NCBI RefSeq assembly: GCF_009914755.1
Contig: NC_060930.1
Length of the DNA stretch: 64,000 nucleotides
DNA from: the human T2T-CHM13v2.0 reference genome, Homo sapiens
Direction: 5' to 3' (one strand)
The notes below the pieces were generated by a model. It was not told where the DNA came from and made no database searches. It saw nothing but the letters and a program-made list of their open reading frames with translations. A program made the translations under genes and the position numbers. This document shows, piece after piece, positions 54,860 to 64,000 of this stretch (its first letter is position 1; each line of letters begins with the position of its first letter).

Positions 54860-57010
54860 CACATAAAACAATCTAAGATTAACAATATCATGTTTTTAGC
54901 AATATGATTCTGAAAATACTTTTACGTTTATTTTTCTGAGAATTCTTTCCATTCGTTTTAGTTATTCTATTTCTGTATTGTCAGAAGTTATATTAACTTA
55001 CTTTTTTCTTCCTTTCATTTCTCAGTTACTGTTAATTCTCCATATAATTATATATTTAGAGCTTACCACTAACTTTATGTTGATTTTTTTTTCTATGATT
55101 CTCCAGTTTCTCAAGGTAGAACTGATGAGAACAGTATTTTCTGAATTTTTAAATTTTGATCATAGTTTGTCTGTGGTCTTTAACACTCGGCAGCCATTTT
55201 AGCTATATATAAAATTCTTGGATCCACATTTCCTCTTCTGGAGCATCTTAAATGTTATATTCCATTTTTCTTCTAGCATAAAGCATTGCTGTCAAACCTT
55301 TATAGGGCAATCTATTTTATTTCCTTCATGTAGGTGACCCGGCCTTTTGCGAAGTGCTCAAGGAATTTTTTAAGTCCAATTATTTAATTCGAATCTATTT
55401 TAATATTGGTCACTCTGAGTTGGTTTTTCTGAGGATTCACTGTACCTTTTCAATATGTAGTATTAATCTTTTTATTGTTACTTAGAATAAGAAAATGTTT
55501 CCTTTCTTTTTTGTAGTTTTTATTGTTTGTTCTGTTCCCTAAATTTGGTTTTCTTCTTCAGAGCTTCCTATTACATGTATGTTGGATCTTTCTTGCCTGC
55601 CTTCTGTATCTGTGGCTTTCTTTATAACCCTTTCTACCTCTTTATTCTTCCATTACTTTTATATTAAAGTTTTACTCTTCTTAATTTTAATTTTTCTGAA
55701 AGCATTTTCTATTCTATTTATTCATTATCTTTTTTCTGGCTTAGATATTATTTCAGAAATAAATTTTTTAGAAGTTTTACTTGTTTTCTGAGTTCTGTCT
55801 TCTCATTCCTGAATTTTCTTCTGCTCTATTCTGTCCTTTCAGATATTGCATCATTTTTTAAATGTCTTTTATAGTGTTGTAAAATATCAGTTTATATTTT
55901 TCATCTATTTGTGCACATGTCTCTTTGGCATGCTTTCATTGTTTTTAGGAATACTATTTTGCATTTTTTTCTTTTCCCCTTAATATGACCTTAATTCCTT
56001 TATCTTGCTCATTTTTATGTGAAATTAATTTTTTGAATTTTAGATTAATGTTTCCAACTTCATGGATCCTAGATCTTCCTCTTCTGTTGTTTTGTAATAT
56101 GTTTGAAAATACAATTGGCCCTCTGTATCCATGGACTTTACATCCATGGACTCAACCAATCAAGGACTGAAAATATCTTTTTGAAAATATTTTTTAAAAT
56201 TGCATCTGTGTTGACATCTTCACTTTTTGTCTTGTCATTATTCCATAAACAATATGGTATAACAACTATTTACAAAGCATTTGCATTTTGTTAGGTATGA
56301 TAAGGAATCTAGAGATGACTTAAAGTATATGGGATGTACATAAGTTGTGTGCAAATACTATGCTATTTTACATCAGACTTGAGCATCTGCAGATTTTGGC
56401 ATTCTCAAAACGTTCTGAAACCAATCCCACATGGATATCCAGGAACAACTGTACAATTGCTTATATTTTGAAATTTCATGGCTTTGTTCCCTCTTGCTAT
56501 TTTTAGCCAGACTTTCTTTTTTCCTTGGTCTCTGTTGACCCTCTCCTGCTCAATTTTGATTTGATTTCCAAGAATTTCACCTCTGTGTGGGGTGTTGTCC
56601 TGGAAGGGGGCTTTTGCTAGTTAGTTTTAAGGGTTCATAGGTCCAGACCACTTTAGCAACTTAAGGCCTTACAATTGGCTTGCTATTGTAGGGTGAAAAC
56701 TCTTCCCAGTGTTAGCTACCATTCTCAGATTGACGTTTGGAGCTGCAGGTGAGCCCTGTGGTTATTCTGAAGTTTCTTCAGTCCATCAGTTGTACCATTG
56801 TTTCCATCTGCTTTATCCTTCATAAACGCTGATTTTATGCATATTTTGAAGCTGTCAGGATAGAACTCACCTATATTTTGAAGTTAATGAGGTTACTTTT
56901 TCATTTAGTTTTGTTATAGATATTGTCCGGGTTTTATGTGCTTGTTATCCTAATTGCTGTGGGCTTTTATGAGGGGATTTAGGAAAATTAAAAACCAGTA
57001 GCTTCTTGCC
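54860..57010 (-). mobile_element. Very old L1M/HAL1-like 5'-ORF1 remnant (interrupted by MER2)
   Basis: T-rich ORF1-antisense-like sequence (ttttagctatatataaaattcttggatc...gttttcttcttcagagcttcctattacatgtatgttggatc). Confidence 0.45.
56112..56451. mobile_element. MER2 (Tigger2-derived MITE)
   Basis: TIRs caattggccctctgtatccatgg / catggatatccaggaacaactg flanked by TA on both sides. Confidence 0.85.
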
Positions 57011-57085
57011 AGCTATGTGCCCCAACTTTCCCCAGTTTAGTCCCTTAAAACTGTAATCCAGAAGGTGACATTATTTTGCATATAA

Positions 57086-57384
<299 letters not shown>

Positions 57385-57739
57385 ACTTATAACTTTTTGG
57401 TGATTTTGCCTCATATTTAGAAGATATGTGAAGTCCTCACTATCACCTCAAAGATCACACATAATCTCGCCTCTGCCTATCTCTCCAAGTCCACTTTCTA
57501 CCCATTTCCCCACATTCTCTACAGTACAGATGCACTGATTTGTAATAAACTAAATTTGTTCTGACTTTAGATTTTTTGTTTGCGGTTTCTTTTTGTTGCC
57601 ATCTAAGAAAGTGTTTGACTAGCTCTTCTGACTGCATCATTCTCATCCTTTAGCTCTCAGTATAATTGTCATTTTCACAGAACGGACTTTCCTAAACACT
57701 CTCTCAATGATCATGTTAGCTTAGCATCAGCCTCAGTTG

Positions 57740-58400
57740 GGGAATCTGTGCTTCTTGTCTCTGCAATTCTGTGCTCTGTGGGTTTAGAGATTCTAATTCA
57801 CAAACAGAAATGCTTCTACCAAGGAACACATCATTAGTCCCATTGATTTATAAGCTATGGCTGTTGTCTAGGCACCTAAGGCTTCATGTGCCAAAGGACC
57901 AGCAGGAAAGAAAAGGAGTGACTGCCTTGTTACGGAAAATGGACCTTGATCATTAGGAGAAGGTTGGCTGCTCTTATATAATAAGGGCACGAAAGAAGGT
58001 GTTTGGTACTTGGTGATCCACTTAAGCATCTCTCAGTAGTCCCTCACCTGGTTTTGAGGGTGATTGCTGCAGTGGTGGCCTGAGTAAGTCATGGTGACCA
58101 GCAGCTCAGACCCCTCAGTGGTGCAGATCTGGGTCACACTACCAGGTAAGCCACTGAGACCAGCAAACATGCCAGCTGAAGGCAAGGGGAATGTAAAATG
58201 GATAATAGAAGAAGGATTTAAAGAGCTTCAGTGGCAACTCCAAGAACAGATGCAGCTCTTCCTTTCTATTAAATATTTTTGGGGCTATAGTTTACCCTGT
58301 TAACCTTTTGCTTACAAATTTCTCCCAGGAAAAGAGACTTGATGGTATCCAAGGGGGCTGGTTGTGAAACTTGCATTTATAAGTGTATTCGAGTGGCATA
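57740..58400 (+). mobile_element. ERVL internal 3' remnant adjacent to LTR16
   Basis: gaaatgcttctaccaaggaacaca...ggaccagcaggaaagaaaaggagtgact...gaccttgatcattaggag, ERVL-type post-integrase region. Confidence 0.6.
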
Positions 58401-58411
58401 TATGATGGACA

Positions 58412-58787
58412 GCTGTGGGTGCTATAATGTGCTTCCCTGATTCTCTTTTAGGAATGAAGAACTTATTTCCCATGTTTCTGAAAGTGCTGTCCACAGACAG
58501 CATCCCATTGTCAGCCCTTTTTAGGAATTGACTCATCTGGAAAGAGTTGTCTCAACTAAAGTCATACTCCTTTCCTTGGGCACCTGCATTCAATGGCTAG
58601 GCATTGCACATATATAAAGGCCCAGCCCCATCTATCCACCTTGAGACAAGGCTGAAAGGCCATCCCAGGCTTGGAATTTTTCCCTCTGCATGATCCACAG
58701 GTGCTGTCCCAAGGACACTCCCTAATACACTTTCTGCATGCAAATCACTGCTTCAGAGTCTGCCTCTAGGGACCCCAACCTGCAACA
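58412..58787 (+). mobile_element. LTR16-type 3' LTR
   Basis: tataaaggcccagcccc...aaggccatccc...cactccctaatacactttctgcatgcaaatc...agagtctgcctctagggaccccaacctgcaaca. Confidence 0.7.
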
Positions 58788-59259
58788 ATCAGACTCACCC
58801 TAACTGGTTGTAGGGTTTCTGACATCATATGACAGAAACCCTACCACCAAGGAGGCACTTATATATCTCTAAATAAGTGGTGCATTGCTCCCTTGGCAGC
58901 AGCAAGAAACCAGGTTTCTTCCAGCTCCCTGCTCCCTCTCTATATGAGTGTGGCTTTCATATCCACAAGAAAAGACAGTTGCTCCACTTCCAGGCATCAC
59001 TTTCATGTTTCTAGGCAAGGAGGATGAAGAGTGAGGAGCAAAAGGCAAAGGAGCATGACTTTGAAATCTTTTAAAGAAGTCCTATCTGATGACTTAGACT
59101 TATGCCAGAATGGGTCAATTTGCTATCCTCAAGTCAGAGGAAGATTAAGCAGATATTTTCAGTGGTGCACATTATGACCCTGTACTACATTAGGGCTCTA
59201 ATAGCTAAGAATAAGGCAGCAGGAGGTTACTGGACAAGCAGCTAGTGGTGTCATCCTCC

Positions 59260-59382
59260 TCTTGGAGCATAGAAACTCCTGAATGGCAGAGTCTTTTCCT
59301 GCCTTCTTCACTACTCTATTTGCACAATGCTGGAACAGTGCCTGACCCAAAATAGTAAACAAGTACTTGATGAATGAATGAT
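59260..59382 (+). mobile_element. L2 3' end
   Basis: ggaacagtgcctgaccca...tacttgatgaatgaatg. Confidence 0.65.
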
Positions 59383-59577
59383 TGCAGAACTTTTACTTTG
59401 ACTGAGATGTACTTTGTGTTACCACATCATGTTGAAAACATAATAATCAGAGGAATGTGTGGTTTGATTAGGGGAGAGGAGAGGAATATGAATACCCTAA
59501 ACAGAAATTAAATTTTAAAGCTTCCTTGTGGAAAGGATCATAGAAATACTAAGTTATTTAATTGGTCCTTTGTCATT

Positions 59578-59875
<298 letters not shown>

Positions 59876-60248
59876 TCCTTTGTCATTCTTAAATACAAAG
59901 CACGGCAAGATTTCAAATGAAAAACAGGCCAGTATGCAAAGCCTTCAGGCAACTTGAGAAATGGAGCCAGGGTTATTTGTCCTTACATCCTTAGCACTGA
60001 CTTGAGAGGGATCCCATGAGTATTTGTTGAGTGAATGTTGATAGGACAAGTAAGTGAATTAATGGGATACAAGTCATCTGGATATTGTCACATTCTTACT
60101 TAAAATAATCTCTCAAATATTTGAGAGAATGCACTTTAGTCATGTAAATTGTGATATTAACATATATATAGCCCTAAGAAAATAAAAAATGGAAACCAAG
60201 CTGGTTCAAACAACTTTGTACTAACAGAATATCATTAAATTTCAATAG

Positions 60249-60636
<388 letters not shown>

Positions 60637-60702
60637 TAAAAGGGAAGGATGAGAACAGCTAGTTCGCATCAGAGTCTTCTCTTTTTTTTTGCTAATAGGC
60701 TG

Positions 60703-61078
60703 TGTATAGTCTCACTGCTATAAAAAATTACCTGAGACTGGGTAATTTAATTTATAAAGAAAAGTGGTTTAATTGGCTCATGGTTCCACAGGCTGTACAG
60801 GAAGCATGGCTGCGGAGGCCTGAGGAAACGTTCAGTCATGATGGAAAGGGAAGCAGGCTCGTCTTACATGGCCAGAGCAGGAGGAAGAAGAACAACGCAG
60901 GAGGTGCTATATACTTTTAAACAACCAGATCTCGTGAGAACTCACTCACTATCTCAAGCACAGCAAGGGGGAAATCCACCCCCATGATCCAATCACCTCC
61001 CACCAGGACCCTCCTCCAACATTGGAGATTAAAATTTGACATGAGATTTGGGCAGGGACACAAATCCAAACCATATCA
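60703..61078 (-). mobile_element. MSTA-type MaLR solo LTR
   Basis: ctataaaaaattacctgagactgggtaattt...caaatccaaaccatatca; TSD ggctg/ggcgg. Confidence 0.88.
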
Positions 61079-61544
61079 GGCGGTGACCTCGGTTGCGTGT
61101 TTAGTTCTCTTTTCTCTTTCTCACCTGGAAAATCCCTTTGAAGGGGTAAGAAGGCCTGCTTTTGGATAAGGAGGAAAAGAAAGAAAAGCTAAGCTAAAAT
61201 TTTACTTTTGAAGTAAGATAGGCATCATTCAATAGCTGTTTATGGTGTTTTCAGTGCCTGCTGGGTCCAACGTGTGTGATTAGCTGAGGACAATACAAAC
61301 ACGACTTCATCAGAGCTTTTGCCTTTTGAAGCTTCATAGGAAGCTGAAGGAAAATGCCAGCTTCAGGGAAAATCCTGAAAAATCCCGGAAAACGTTATGA
61401 GCATTTGCTTATAATGAACAAGAAGAGAGGAAGGACCTGCAATTTCAAATCACTCTGTCTCTTTTGTTCTCCTCTCCTCCTCTCTGTTGTCAGTTCTGCC
61501 GTCCTGGCTCTGAGAGAACAATCCAGGAAGGTCAAGAGCAGGCC

Positions 61545-61770
61545 TCAGCAAATTCATAGGGACAGAAAGTAGAATAGAGGTTACAGGTGGAGAAGGGAGG
61601 GGGAAAGGGGGAGTTTTAGTTTAATGGGTGCAGTTCCTGTTTGAGATGACAAAAATCTTTTGGAAATGGATAGTAGAGATGGTTGCACAACATTGTGAAT
61701 GTATGTAATATTACTGAATGGAATACTCAAAAATGGCTAAAATGACACATTTTATGTTATATGTACTGAT
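61545..61770 (+). mobile_element. L1MB 3' UTR fragment
   Basis: gacagaaagtagaatagaggttac...gatggttgcacaacattgtgaatg. Confidence 0.8.
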
Positions 61771-61849
61771 GAAAGAGAAAGAATGAAGAAAAGAAAGAAA
61801 GTTTTTTTAAAAAAAAGAGGGAGAAAGAGTGGATCTCAGGAATTTTCAG

Positions 61850-62168
<319 letters not shown>

Positions 62169-64000
62169 AGGAATTTTCAATTTAAATAGGTGCCCCTGGT
62201 GAATCTAACGCGGTTTGTGCATAGACCACACTGAGAAATGCTAGAGTTTAGACCCTAAGACAAGGACATTGGAGTTGTTTATGGTCTAGAAGTCTGGTCT
62301 GCCTCTCCTATTATAAATGTTTCCCAGGCCATCATTGACCTCATTGGGTCCCCAGTCCTTTTGAAGTTCTTCTCCTTGGTGTCTTATCAATTACTATCTT
62401 CCACTGTCTTCAAACATATTTCCCAGGTTATTCTTGTATATAGGACACGTTAAAGCCACTATGTAAACTGTCACCTTACAAATTCATGACTCTAGATTTT
62501 GATGATTTTTTTCAAGTTTACACATAAATACCTTGGAGAAGAAATTACCATTAACATCAGATGCCTTAGTACAAATCAAGTTATCATTGGAACTCTGGGA
62601 TTTCCAACCAGAGCGGGAAATGAGACCCAAGGGTAAAGGGGAAGCTTGGCTATCTAACCCTTGACTCCCTACCCAACCAGTGGGCTACACTCATTGAAAA
62701 TGTACACAGAGCCAATTGTTCATGATGAAAAATAGTAAAGAGAAGAGGTTAGGAGCAGAGGGAAGCAGAATAACACAGACGAACAGCCCTGGATTCAATC
62801 ACCAAAGCAGATTCAGATTTGCTCCAGTGTTTTCTGGGATCAAAACTCCCACTGCTGCGGCCTCAGAGACATTCATTCTGAGTAATCCAGGAAGTCTGTT
62901 GATTTCATTCTTGCTCCAGTGCTTCTGCTCTCCAGCTCCAGCTTTCCTGGAAAGCCACGCTCCTTCTTTTTCTCTTACAGTCCACATGGAATATGTATGT
63001 GGGGGAGGAGGGCCAAAAAACTTAACAACAATTCATGTATGGAAAAAATAAGACTTCTTTACTTAGCCTATATCTATTACAGTCTTCCTCATAAGCTCCC
63101 AATCACTGGCTAGCAGTAAAAAAATAGTGAAATGTCCAATCTGGTTTAAAGTTTAGTCCAGTTTGGTGTTTTATGTTGACTCTCTATTAAATCAAACAGT
63201 TCTGCCTCTCAGATAGACTTCCCCTCCCCTGCCTTTCCTGTAAGATAAAGCAAGGATATGAGCAGAGAAAGGGAACTCAGGGTCTTAAGCATGGTGTCCT
63301 CTAGTCATTGCCTCTGAGGCAGTGCCCTGTTCACTAGTTTGCTGGGCACCCAGCTGATCCCTGAAGCTGAAGTATGTAGCTGTTGAATTCATGATCTGTC
63401 CCTTTGGCTCAACCCTGCTCCCAGCACCACTCCCCTGGCTGACTCAGCCTCACCTTGGCTCCTGCTGGCTGCACCCTCAAGCCATTGCCAGGGTCTCCAG
63501 CCAGCCATCCGGACTGGCTGTCCGCTCCCAATCTTCACTGTGAGATCACTTTGCCCTTTTCCCATGGACCTGTGGCTGCCCCTGCTGCAGCTCCATTCAC
63601 CATCTGCATCATTCAGTTAAAACTGAAGTCTACCCTTCCTGATCATATTGCAATATTCCATAGTTAATTAAAATTATACATTATCTGACTTGTAGTTACC
63701 CACAAACTTTAACTCTATTTAAATGTACACTTTTATATCAATATCTAGAGTTTTTCATGAGCCATATCCTCTTTCCTCACCCCCAAACTCTCAGACTCTA
63801 GGCCGGCTTCCCTCTGTTACTCTCCTGATTTCCCTCTGTTACTCACCCTTCCTCAACAAGATTTCAGATCCTCTGGCCCATTCTGATTTGTGATATACCA
63901 GATTTACCAGATTTGTCTACAAATCAATATTTTAAAGTTTACTTCACTGTTTAATTCACTCTACTGGCACCAGGGGCCACTTTCCTATCAGCTTGAGAAT

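Noticed and set aside
63808-63844. 15-bp direct repeat ttccctctgttactc (period 22)
   Set aside because: Ordinary short slippage duplication with no further structure.

Overview
Repeat-rich, apparently non-genic primate genomic DNA (catarrhine/hominoid, most likely human: AluJ/S/Y, L1PA/L1PB/L1MA, MER11, MLT2A, THE1/MST, LTR12). No host protein-coding gene, RNA gene or CRISPR array can be supported. Nearly all ORF-track entries are L1, Alu, LTR or simple-repeat translations. Bases 1-15.8 kb are a stack of nested LINE-1s: a near full-length minus-strand L1MA carries a MER11 solo LTR and a TSD-flanked L1PA7-like element. In that L1PA an internal ~2 kb deletion fuses ORF1 in frame to ORF2 (219-aa chimera), and several smaller direct-repeat-bounded deletions are also apparent. 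At 38.6-41.5 kb an LTR12 solo LTR has inserted, with its own 4-bp TSD and in the same orientation, inside another LTR12, giving a doubled NF-Y promoter pointing leftwards towards well-formed minus-strand splice sites (candidate LTR12-driven lncRNA). Also noted: three MLT2A LTRs plus a THE1B with DUX4-type motifs, an Alu strand-polarity switch near 30-34 kb, a STAT5-site palindrome, an E-box-rich CA repeat and a PBX-HOX-type candidate enhancer. Subfamily calls rest on remembered consensus sequences, not on a search. I see no evidence for a wholly new biological system; the best leads are the retroelement architectures.
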